Assembly (NCBI RefSeq): GCF_008831285.2
Contig: NC_045138.2
Location: 40,672,001 to 40,736,000, forward strand
Reading direction: 5' to 3'
Origin: Nymphaea colorata
Lineage: Eukaryota
Length of the DNA stretch: 64,000 bases
Part shown: in pieces, positions 1-11,900 of the stretch
Layout of the letters: the number at the start of each line of letters is the position of its first letter
Position numbering within the stretch: the stretch's first letter is position 1
Notes under the pieces: model-generated
Seen by the model: the letters and a program-made list of their open reading frames with translations, nothing else
Database searches by the model: none
Told to the model about the DNA's origin: nothing
Program-made: the position numbers and the translations under genes

Positions 1-2237
1 TCATGTTTCATTGTTTGCTGATACTCACTATGCTTGATTGCTTCTTTAAAAGAGTTTGGTTTCGTATGATCTAACGTAGCACAAAATGTTTTTGGTACCA
101 ATGAACCAGTCATCGACCTTGTGACCATAGAGTGAGTGTGATGTGTAGGTCGAGTGATAGATGAATTTTCAGCAAGCTCTAGTATAGTTTCATGTTCAGC
201 ATCCTGCGTAATTCCATGTCCAGCAATCTCTTGTATGGATGAATGAGAACCAATATTATGTGTAACAAGAGGTGATAAAGATCTTGGTTGCTGCTATATG
301 GACCTATTTATAGCATGGTCTTGTGAGATGGACATGTCATGACAATCACTATGAGAAGTTGGAAAATCAACGTCATGTGGCAAGGAAGAACTTTGAAATG
401 GTAATGAAGCATGATTGACATATTATCTTGATACGCTGTCTCAACTAAAGGAGGACATGTGTCTTGAGAGGTGCTATGTTCAAGATTAACAATCGTACCT
501 TGATCAAGCCGAACATTGGGTGTCCGTTGTAAAGAATCAAAAGATGTCGATGACTGCCCATTATACACACTTTCATCAAAAATCACATGTCGAGAAATAA
601 GAATTCTTTGAAGTGTGGCATCATAAAAAATATACCCTTTATGTCTGCTTGCATAGCAAAGAAAGATGCACTGTGTGGTCTTCGGTTGGAATTTGGTGTT
701 GTTAGATAAAGAGAGCAGTGGATAACATATGGATCCAAAAACTCGTAAATGAGTATAATTTGGCACCTTGTCAAACAACAACTGAAAGGGAGTCTTTCGT
801 TTAAGCTTGAGAGTCGAGAGCCAATTAATAATGTATACTGAAGTCCTGAAATATTCAACCCAAAATTTGTAGTCCAGACCGGCATCATGCAACATACTCA
901 AACTGGTTTCTACAACGTGTCAATTTTTCCTTTCAACTATATTGTTTTGTTTAGGCGTATATGGACATGAAAATCAATGAAGAATGTCATGTTCTTCACA
1001 AAATTATTCAAGCGCTTTTGTTGCAAAATTCGCCGCCATTGTCAGATTGAATGGTGGCAATATTTGAGTCAAGTTGTTTTTTCACCAAAACTTTAAAATT
1101 GTGAAAGTAGTCAACCACTTCAAATTTTGTCATTAGAGGAAATAACCATGAGTAGCGAGAAAAATTATCAACTATCAGAATAAAATATTTAAAACCATCA
1201 TTAGAGGACACACGAGCCGGTCCCCAAACGTCCATATGTAATACTTCAAGAACTCGAGAAGCATGAATAAGACAACATTCACAAACATCTCTTTCAGATG
1301 AAGAGTTTATTGAAATTAAACAACTAGAATTTAAAAGATTCATAATCCTTTTATTTGCATGTCCTAACCGGCGGTGCCATAACTCATATAATGTTGCATC
1401 GTGCCTTGAAAACCAACCGTTGAAGACTGTTCTTTCTTGAATCTCGCCAGCTCTCTTAAGTGTAATGGGGTAAAATCCATTACACTTTTTTGGTCTCCAA
1501 AGAAGAATCTTGTTTATCTGCCAATCCTTGATCACAAAATCATATTGTGAGAACTCAAAAATACAGTCATTGTCAGTAGTAAATTTGTCAACCAATAAAA
1601 GATTATAGGCAATAGTGGGGACATGAAGAGTATTCTTGAGTTGAAAAGAATTCCACCAACATCAACTAATAGATCACTAGTATGCTTAATAGAAAGAAGA
1701 AAACCATTACCAATCATGACATTCTCTTGTCCATCCTGATCATATCATCACTTACTACAATATGATTTGTAGCACCGATATCCGGGTACCAATATTCATT
1801 TAGTGAGTCTTGTAGACTCATGGCCTGAGGAATGTCATAGCATGTTCTAGCCAAGTGCCCTTTTCGTCCACAATATTGGCGAATAATTGGCTGACGTTGA
1901 TATTGTTGATTGGTAGTATGTTCGTCCGTTCATTGCTGGGACTGATTTCCGCGTCCTTGGAAAAAATTTCCATGGCCACCTTGATTCTTTCCTCCTCAGC
2001 CACGAAACCCTCGGCCTCGTCGTTGCCCACGAAAGGTGCTGAATGCAGTTTGGTTAACAACCTACGATGTTTGCTGAACAAATTCAGTCGAGTTTATTGA
2101 GTACCATCAACGAACAGAAGCAGATCTTGAGAGTCCATTACTGACTCTAGTTGACTTCACCATAACAAGTAGTTATCTCTGATGAGTTTAACAGAGACCA
2201 ACACAGCAGCGGCATTCCATTGAATTGGTGAATATCA

Positions 2238-2628
2238 TAAAACAGGGACCAGAAAAGGGAGAGAGTGAGGACTCAATAAAGTGACTAAGTCTCTTGCCTT
2301 AACATAGCAAGAGTACTGAGTAGTTTATTTACAGTGTTACAAGGCTAGAGCCATCATAGCAAGAGTACTGAGTAGTTTATTTACAGTGTTACAAGGCTAG
2401 AGCCGTATGGTAACAATTCAACTTACAAGACTGATTAATATGACAACACTAATCTGTTACAAAGTTGGAGACCGTGTGGTAACAGTCCAGCTGGAACCAA
2501 CATGGTAACAATGCAATCAAGAGTTATGAGTAGAAATTGAAATGGGAAAAATCTTTCCTTAGTAGAGTCGAGCCTTCACCAGATAATCTTGGTGCCGTTG
2601 GTTTCTTCTCAACATTTCTTTCTTAACA
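2238..2628 (-). repeat. Putative 5' LTR (~390 bp) of the copia element
   Basis: On the minus strand it begins TGTTAAGA at 2628, where host gene sequence resumes. It ends …GTTTTA followed by TGATAT, a decayed CA + tRNA-Met PBS (TGGTAT…), just upstream of gag. The inner boundary is approximate. Confidence 0.65.
2303..2404. repeat. Tandem duplication, 2 x 50 bp identical units (period 52) inside the LTR
   Basis: catagcaagagtactgagtagtttatttacagtgttacaaggctagagcc at 2303-2352 and 2355-2404. Confidence 0.95.
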
Positions 2629-4410
2629 TCCAGAAGGTCGACCCCTCCAAGGTACCAATCCGAGCAAGTGGCCGGTTCCCTTCCAGTGCCATCTCTGTCT
2701 GCTCCTTTTGTGTTATGTGTTTCTCTCATCTTCGATCTTCTTCTTTCCCTTACAGTAGAAATTGATTCTCCGTTCTGACAATGCGTGTCTATGCGCAACG
2801 GAAACTTTGAAATTTTCTTCACTCTATCGTGTAAAACAGAGGTGTGGCCGGAACTCTTTCTGCAAATATGCTAAACTCTGACCCAGGAAGAAAGCAACGG
2901 TATGATTATCATCTGTCTAGTTTATCCTAGAAATGTTGTGACGCAACAAGTCCTATGCACAGGCAAAAACATAATTTTCTTCTTTGCAAAGACAAATACG
3001 AAAAGGTAAATAATCAAAGAAGAAAGCACAACTTATCACAAAGTTAGCGATACACATAATGATTTTCACATGGTTTGGTGAAGAAGGCCAACGTTCACAG
3101 CTTACAGAAAGAAAGATTCCATTATCATGATTGAAAGGAATATGATCGTTTAGTTTTTGCCCTGCATTATAAGAGCATTACACGAAGAGATTTCTAAGAT
3201 ATGTATGAAATAAAACCGATATGTGTTACTTCGGGAGTACCTACTCCTGATACTTGGCAATGCTCCCTTCTTCATTTTCTCTTCTTTCTGTCCTTTCTTT
3301 TTCCATTTCCTTTGTCTCTATCGCTGGTGTACTTATAAAAGAGAAACACGGGGACATCAATAATATACCTTTCTGCTTTTGTGAGAATTATGTGCACGAA
3401 AGGACTCCATGAAGAAAATAGACTTTCCCTGATTTTCAAAATCGCAATTCCCTTATATGTGTCTGCCTTTTCTGGTGTCATTATTTTGAATGTAAACTGC
3501 GCTGTTGTTCATTTCTAAATTCATATTGTGAATTATGTTCAGTTCTTTCATTCACATGGTCCAGTTTAATTGCTTAAAGAGGTTCCTTACCGGAATATTT
3601 GTCTTGCAAACAAATTTATCCAGTTTTTTTACCCAATTTAATTTCCTTTTTGGTGCATTTGATGTAAAATAAGAAAATTTACTTTCAAAAAGTGTACATG
3701 AGAAAAATGTGGACAAATTATCCTGGGAAACCTCTCTTAATGTTTCTGATGTTTTGACTTTCGAAAAATCTGGCAGGCACGACCTGTCAGGCAAACTTTC
3801 CCATCATCTAATACCCCCTTCATAACAAACGTACCTGGAGATTTGTCAGAAGAACCTTGGTTACTGAGGAATGTGAACCTCAATATTGGCAAACATCTCT
3901 CATGGTATCATTTCATTAAAGCACTTATATCAAATGGTTGATGTCATCACCATTATCATCGCAATGTGTATTGTCTGCTGTGAGCAGCCATGCCAAAAAT
4001 GGTCGGGGTTTGCAGCTTTACTCTTCAGGATATGTAAGTTTACTTTCCATCCGCTTCAAGGAACCAAACTGCCGTGTTGCTCATGTAAATTCTTCAGCAT
4101 TGCTACTTCTAGTGACCTTAATGCTTGTCCTGAATGGATGGATGATCGTTGCACCATGCTGTTTCTTCACTGGCATATTATTTCCACTCTGCACTTTGCA
4201 AGTGAAGATGATACACTGTGTGTTTATGAGCAGGTAAACCCAACATCTCATTTCCAGAATGACCTCGGCCTTGAGAGTCTGGACACAGTGGAAATCATCA
4301 TGGCATTGGAAGAAGAGTTCGAGTTTGAAATTCCAGACAGTGAAGCAGACAAGATTGATTCGATCAGTGTTGCTGTTGACTTCATAGATTCTCACCCTCA
4401 AGCAAAATAA
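2629..4410 (+). pseudogene. Mitochondrial acyl carrier protein (mtACP / complex I subunit type), disrupted in exon 1 by the copia element
   Basis: Exon-1 remnant 2629-2651 reads (t)tc CAG AAG GTC GAC CCC TCC AAG|GT = QKVDPSK + donor. The intron is 2652-4233 and ends in CAG. Exon 2 (4234-4410) reads [58 protein letters not shown]. The join gives the typical plant mtACP sequence …[20 protein letters not shown]…SHPQAK. There is no in-frame ATG upstream within the LTR (stop at 2538). Confidence 0.85.
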
Positions 4411-7400
4411 TGCAGGATGATGGGAACTCACGTGCTGTTTCTTACAACTCTAATTTACACCCCAGTTGATTATGGATGGATGGATATGGATCATGCACAT
4501 TTTGCTGGGGGAGCACCTGCCCGCAGTTCAGAACATGAAAATCAACTGTTACAAACACACCGGTCCGAAAGTGCAAACATTTTGGACATCGTCAGCCTGA
4601 TCTCTGTAATAATACCATGACGAATGATTGCAGTACTGTGCAATTCGTTTACCTCATTTTGCACGTAGATATGATTGGCTTGTTCCGTTGGATCCATGTC
4701 GAGCACTGACGGGTCTGGGGACAGGAAAATTGCAGACTGAAACAAGCAATCGTCTTGCTGCAGCAATTGAACAGTTTGGGACGAAAAAAATACAAAATGA
4801 CGTGACAAGTAGGATTGCTACTGAACTTAACATGTTGGATGTGTTCCATACACATCAACTCAGGCCATAATTTGGTGGGGACACCATTCTTGTAGGTCTA
4901 TACGCCCTAATTTGCAAATTAGCCTTACTTTGTTTCTTTGAACAATATACCAAGGAAAACATGTTCATGAAAATCTGGTTTTGCCAGAAAGCTGGTGCTA
5001 TCGAAGGCCAATTTTCTTCGTCGAATCCATTTATCAGTGAGAAGATCTGAATTATAGAGCACTGCGGCATCAAAGTCCTGATGACAAGAACTCTGGTGCG
5101 GTGGGTTGTTAAAATAATACACATGCGGCAGATACCACACACTAACCTCTGCTCTCATCAGATATGCAAATTATAGAAATGCAGGCAGTGCCTGGCGACA
5201 CCGTAAATGTAAATAATCTGCACCGACCGTCGAGAGCTTACCGTTAATCAAGCTCTGAAGTCACCACAACCCAGTCATCCTGAAACCTTGCAGGACTTCA
5301 CGCTCAGCCCTTATACTCTCAACGCCAGCCGGTGTACGTAATATGCCCACAGGAATCGAACATGGCACATGCTGTGCATAGTATGCTCACACAATTGGTG
5401 AGACAGATAGAGAGAGAGGACAAGATGTGAACACACGTTAAAATAAGAGGAGCTTGGTAATAAGATGTTAACAATAATAAAAAATTATAAAAAATAAAAA
5501 TAAAAGAGGAAGAAGATAAGGAAGACAAAGCAAGCGACATGTAATGCATAAACCTAAGTGAACATCATTCTACAACAGGTAGCAGATGGATACGGGCAAG
5601 CCACAAAAAGTATCGCCGAAGACCCCATTGCTGTTCCGTTTATTTACCACGGCAATTTGATAAGCCACGAGCGCCAGGTGAACAGCCAGTGAGCAAGGGC
5701 AAAAGTGAGAGAGTATCAGGGAGAAACTGGAAAGGGGTGGCGACCGCAAGAAGGCAACGACAAGGAGGCCCCGAAAGAGAGGGCAGTGGCCAAGATATGA
5801 GACCTTGACTCGGTAGCGGATAAATGTAGAAGATACTAGTAAGCTAGCTGAACGCCGAGGCGGTGCAGGAGGTCGAAGGTATATTAACGTGACCACAGGA
5901 AGAACCAAAGCAAAAGCAGCTGGACGTAACGAAAAGGAACAAAAACCAAAACGCCCATTAAGGGACGGCAGCTGATAAGGTGGCACGGTAGAAATATCTA
6001 ACGCGCGGGCGCGAGAGAGAGAGAGAGAGATGTACACGTCAGCAGAAGAACTTTTTATTCAATGAAAATGGAACATTACAATAATAAAGAAACAATATGT
6101 GGGGATATGAATTGTAAATGAATACCCACATGAATTGGAAGCCGCCTTCGCGAACTTTACATTCTCTCGGGTAAAAGACAGGTTTGACAAGACAAATTAG
6201 ATCCATGGTATCTCAGCATCGCCCAATTGCACAAGTATCCTTCCCATGGCCTGCCTGCCACCAGGTCTCTTCTTCTGGTTACAGTACACCGTCATCTGGT
6301 TCTTCTGAAAGGGTGACTGGAATCAAACTCTATATTTCTCAGCTCCCATTAAATGATCCTGAACAGAACCTGCTTTTGTTAGAAACATGAAAACAAATAT
6401 GGATTGTAGTCCAAGCATAGAGCTGCACATGATAACAATGTCCAAGGCTGAAAATATGCAGAAAAGCTTACTTCAAGCAGTATCTGAAAAACCCAAACAT
6501 GAAAATGAATATAGTAATAATCACTTCAAGCAACCGCCAATCCTCAAGCCAAAGGTCAATGACAAATCTGAAGAGATAATGAAATTTTCTAGCTGGGGAA
6601 TAGATGCTTTCAGCTTAAGCTGAGACCCAAAAATAGCAAACACTATTCACTGGTTAAACGTGGAAGAAATTGATATTTACATAGAGGAAGTTTTCTAGAC
6701 GGTGCTGGTTTGCACTCAGTGAACATCAATGAGAAGTCTTAAGGATACAAAATTTGTCACGTCACTGGCGACACTTGCCAAACCTTTATACAATTCAATA
6801 AGAAAGTCACTTTGTTTAATTTCTCATTAGTGTTAATTCATAAATGGACTAACTCATAGTGCCCTCTGCTCCTGCCGTCAACTTAATCTCTCTTCACATT
6901 CCCCTTCTCAGTTTATATCTTATTTGGCCATCCTTTCCTCTAAAACCACTTTCTTAGCAGTGATACTCTGGAATCTCATGTAAAGGTTCTGTGCAAAAGA
7001 GACACAAGAAGCATGCTACTCAACGCTTTCTTTTTTATTTGGTTCATCCTCCATTAAGATTTTTCCATTTCTCCATTTACATAGATGGTCCCAATTATGA
7101 TTAAGTATCACAATAGTATTAGGCCCACATATCAGTAGCAATAGAAGCCAAGTCATACACTATTCTGAAACTACTTATCTGTCGTATGCTATAATTAAAA
7201 AACAAAACAAAGATATTAGATAGTATTCAAAAATCAAAATATTTTAGAATTACTTAAGGAATTTGTGTATTTATTTTGGCAAGTTACCTTCTTCTACTTA
7301 TAAATGTATGTTTTACAAAAACACGATTAACTATTGATGGAATAACATAACACAATCATGTTTGAGTATTTCACATTTGGCCATTTGAATTAGACACAAA

Positions 7401-8206
7401 AGGCAGTAAAATGAAAATTTTCAATCTCAAGTTTTTTCATTACAACCACCACAACTCGGGTAGCCATTTTTAAAAATTTTTTCACAAGTTTACAAAATCA
7501 ATGCTTTCACTCATGAGCATAACTTCCCAATGAAAAGAACATAGCAAATGAAATGTTGAATAATGTGATACAAGCATTAGGAGTATACTTCCACAAAATC
7601 AGAAAGAGCCAGTAACCACATTGAAGTCCATCCTGTTTTCAGCAAAAGCGTATGACAGATGCCCAATGCTTCCATGTGCAACAACCACTAACTATACGCA
7701 AACTTTTACCAACAATATGAATGTAAATTGCATAAGAGCAAAAGGACAGCACATTCCAATGAGATAAAACTGAATGCTTACTAATGGGGAGAGTAACTTC
7801 AGAACCTGCTGGACCTCCAAGTGCCAATAGCAGCAGCATGCTTTGCAGAATATTTGCCGCAATTCTACAAAAAATTTGGAAGCATAATCTGGCAGAAGCA
7901 GAGATAGAGAGAGAGAGAGGGAGACCAATTTCAGACCTTGTTGGAGTCTCAACATAAGAAGAGCACCAGTACTTTTTAAACCAAATCTGCCAGAGGTCTT
8001 CGGCAAATCCCAGTAAGCTGCACGAAGTATGATATTTCAATTTTCTCCAACATACGAAAGTACCTTGCATATGCTTTAACATGGGAACCTTTAGCCTTCA
8101 TAAATCCACCATATGATTCATCAATTATAGGGGAATTAATGTGAGCAAATAATTTTCATATTTGTTGAACTTGCTCAAGATGATAGACGTTATGAATTTG
8201 CCACAC

Positions 8207-8243
<37 letters not shown>

Positions 8244-8932
8244 GTCATACATGACAAGCTTGGCTAAGCTCTTTTATGTATGTAAAGTATGAATTTCCAT
8301 CCAAGTAATCACCATTGCACAATGGTTCTGATGCCCAATCAAGAAAAAACTTTGATGAGCCATATCAAGCTCTTCACTGCCAGATGATCACTATGTATAA
8401 AGATTATGATATGGCCAAAGAATAAATGGAACGCTAACATGATGAAAACAGGATCTGGGGATGGAGCAGGCAACATGAACACACACAAGCAGAAGTTGCC
8501 CAGTGGCAGCATTCAACTGGGAGAAAAGAAACCAAGAATGCGGAGTACCATAATCATGTAGATTGAAGTGACGTGTTAGTCAGGATCAATGGGCTGATTA
8601 CACCATATACCAATCAGTACACCTTCATAGCAAGAGTCACACTTGAGCTATAGGAGATATTCCTTTAGCACTAAAATTTCCTTGAGAAGAAATAATCCAC
8701 TATTATGCTATGAACCTTTTTCAAGTTTCAACTGCCAAAACAGCACAGAAACCTTGTGTGGCGCCTTTAGGAGCTGCTCCTTCCAGTAAAAATAGCAAAG
8801 CGACTAAAAAATGTATACCTATGCCCATAATTGGCATTATGACCAATATAGTGCCAGTTCAGAGAAGCAAATCCATCAGAAAGAGACAACCCTCAGTCAG
8901 CAGCCAACAATGGTATTCTAGACTGCCCTTTT

Positions 8933-11900
8933 TTATCCTAATGATGCCATGCTTCCTTCTGCTTGAACACCCGCATCAAGACTAAGAGCATCAGAGGGAC
9001 CTACATTAGTAACTTCCGGAATTTGATCATGTGTAGTAGTCATGTCACAAAATAAACCCTGAATTTCTTCAGTTGGAAGGAGCCTTGGTTTCTTAGAGAA
9101 GGCACCGAGCAGCATATCATCATCAGAGCAAAACTCCCCAGCCTTGACATCGGTGCTAGTGGACTGAACAGATGTATCTTCTTGTGTTGCCTCTTTGGTA
9201 TAGGGACATTCGGGACTATTCCTCTTACAGCATTTGTAACACTTGAACCCAAGCAAGTTACTCACACTTTCTGTTGTAACCCCCAAGGCATCCCCATGAA
9301 ACCATTCTGCCAGCCAATGATAAAGATGTCAATGTAGTAACAGTAAAAAGTTACAGCGTTCAGAAAGAAGAAAGAAGGACAATAGAAGTAACAACCAACC
9401 AATAAACAATCCTTCACAGAAGAAAATAGACAATAACAACCAACCAATAACTGACCCTTCACAAAACGAACTGCTCTTCCCGAAAAAAGACAGTAAAAAA
9501 TTAAAAGGTCAAAAACATAATCACAAAGCCAAGGCAAATATTCCAAAATTGACAAACACTACACACCCATATATGCATGTGCATGTCTGTAAAAATATAT
9601 CCTACCAGGTTCTGAAAGCAATCAGCGGAAAGCTTCTTTCTTCTGGTAGAATGGAGACCAAATGTCATCATGATATCTGGTTTTGTAGAAATTAGCTTCT
9701 GGACTGTTTCTCTACGTCAATATAAGTTTTTCAGGGAATTGAAAATGAGCTACGATGCACCAAATTCTCACCTTCAAGATCAAAACTTTACATACAAAAA
9801 CACAATTCAAGGGTCAAGTTTTACTGTTTGGACCATATTCATTCCAATTTTATTGGATGCCTCTGAAGGGACTACTGCCTGGACATGTCACCAACATTTT
9901 CCGAGCAATTTCCTGGAAAGGCTTCTCTTAGAAGAAGCTTTTTAAATTTTATTTTGAAAAAAACGATCTCAAAAATTCAAAAATATAAATAAATACTATG
10001 TCATATGGGTGCTTCTAAATGGCTGCCACACCCATGTTGCACTTGTGTCAATGCTGGTGCTGATGCATCCCCGACACAGCACCTCCAGTTCGATCAACTG
10101 AACCGAGCCAAAACTGACCATTTTAAATGTGCATGACTAAACTATTAACTATCTCTAATACAAAAAGTTTATATCTAAATATAGATAAATAATGCTACTA
10201 AAAATTTAAATAACTATGTAACAAATGCTTTTTACACACACACACACACAAATTTACGAGACTATGATATGATATTATCTTACAAAAACCATACCCCTAA
10301 GATGTATATAACCAAACGACAAAAAGGGTAAATAACATGATAATATCACTATGCTGTCCTTTTGTGGTACTTTCAAAATAACATCACATTTTACTGAATA
10401 ACATCCTATTTGCTGATGTTATCCGTTTGAACCCTTTTAGCATAAAGAAGTGAAATATTCAAAATATTAACAATAGAAGGGACTCCAATTTTGGCCATGC
10501 TGAACAGTGTCATATTTATTCAGAATGCTGCTACCAGCTTTGGATAATGAGCTCAGAATTGGAAAGTATTAGCATCTCTCTCTCTCTCTCTTACCTCTGC
10601 AAATTTCACAAGACACATATAGTAGGCGAGAGTCATAGATCCTGTGGCAGATGAAGCAAACAGGAGCTCGAGAGGCATTATCTGTAACTTGGGGTAGGAG
10701 GACGTTTGTCTCAATAAATTTCTGCACACGGTCATCATTCAGCTTCTTTGTCCAAAGAAGGCCATTCAGCCAGAAAACGTAAAGCACTCTGGTTCTTGGT
10801 CTTTGAAAGCTACGAGCAGTGCCTTTAGGTGGGACCTTCTTGGCCTGACCCTTTTTGGAATTTTTGGATGCTTTTTTGTGCTCATTCTTCTTAACTTTCT
10901 TTTTCTGTACAGACCTTTTTTTACTTTTCTTATTTGATTTTGATGAGCTTTGACATTTGGTGTTTTCAACATTTTGAGACTTAGCTTTCTGTGCTTTGCT
11001 TGCTCTGGTTGTCATTCTTTTCTTGTCCTGGCAGTTGTAGCATGTGATTGTACAGCTCTTATTTCTGGTGGATGTAGTAATGAAAACATGCCTTTTGTGG
11101 AAAAAACCTGGACAAAAAAATCACAAGCAATGTTAGTCCCTAGACAAGGTAGAAGAGAAAATATGAAAATAGGCAATATAAAGATCATCAACATAATTCC
11201 ATGTGATACCTCATATAAAGAAAGCAAAGCAGTCGGCAATATGCCAGGAGACATCTAGACAGCAACTGATGACATAAGAGATGTCATCCGGGAAATTTAG
11301 ACAATTTATAAAAGAGCCGAAGGGAATCATGACCTCCAGAAGTGCAAGGAAATAAAAGGGACATGGAAAAAAGCTGCTACAAGGGGAAAAAAGTAGATAA
11401 TGCCCTATCTTAACCAAATAAACACAAGGATGCAGCCCAAGATGGTATAACATGGTCAAGAATATATTGCACAACAATCAATCATCTCTCTCTCTCTAAC
11501 CACCACCACCCAATCCCCATTATTGTTACCAAAGACATCACTATCTCCACAGCACCTGACACATGTACATAGATGATAGAACCCCTTGCTCTAATTTCTT
11601 ATATGCCACTTTTTATTCCGTCTAAATTACTTCTACTAATTGCAATACTACTGCCTTCACCAAAAAAACATTAGCTCTTCTGATCACTTTCACAAATTTT
11701 TAGATACAAGTTGCATGAGGCCGTTTCAGGAAAGGACAAAAAGCTAGTTTTTCTTAAACAAATATAGTTTTTCAGTTAAGGGGTACAAATTCAACGAAGA
11801 TGCTCTGAAACTGCCTCTATGTTTGGAAGGCAAAAGAAAGTTATATATAAAGTGAGAGAGAAACAGACAGACCTTCACAAGATTCACACTTCACAGCATG

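Larger units (their letters stand above)
1..2628 (-). mobile_element. Degenerate Ty1/copia LTR retrotransposon (5' LTR, gag, protease, GAG-pre-integrase, integrase; RT/RNase H and 3' LTR lie left of the window)
   Basis: Minus-strand motifs occur in copia order. Gag N-terminus SVKLIRDNYLLW*SQL (~2140-2200); RGG-rich stretch and zinc knuckle RQYCGRKGHLARTC (~1840-1885); protease WYPDIGATNH (~1760-1795); GAG-pre-integrase LWHRRLGH; integrase HMDVWGP…SDNGGEF…SCPYTPKQNNIVERK; then LRVFGSICYP…ISRHVIFDE (308-901). Several in-frame stops and frameshifts. Confidence 0.95.

Noticed and set aside
3886..4233. N-terminal 116 codons of the 174-aa ORF fused to the ACP domain
   Set aside because: It begins at TTG, has no homology, and lies in the intron between the donor at 2652 and the CAG acceptor at 4231-4233. 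It is not a novel ACP fusion.
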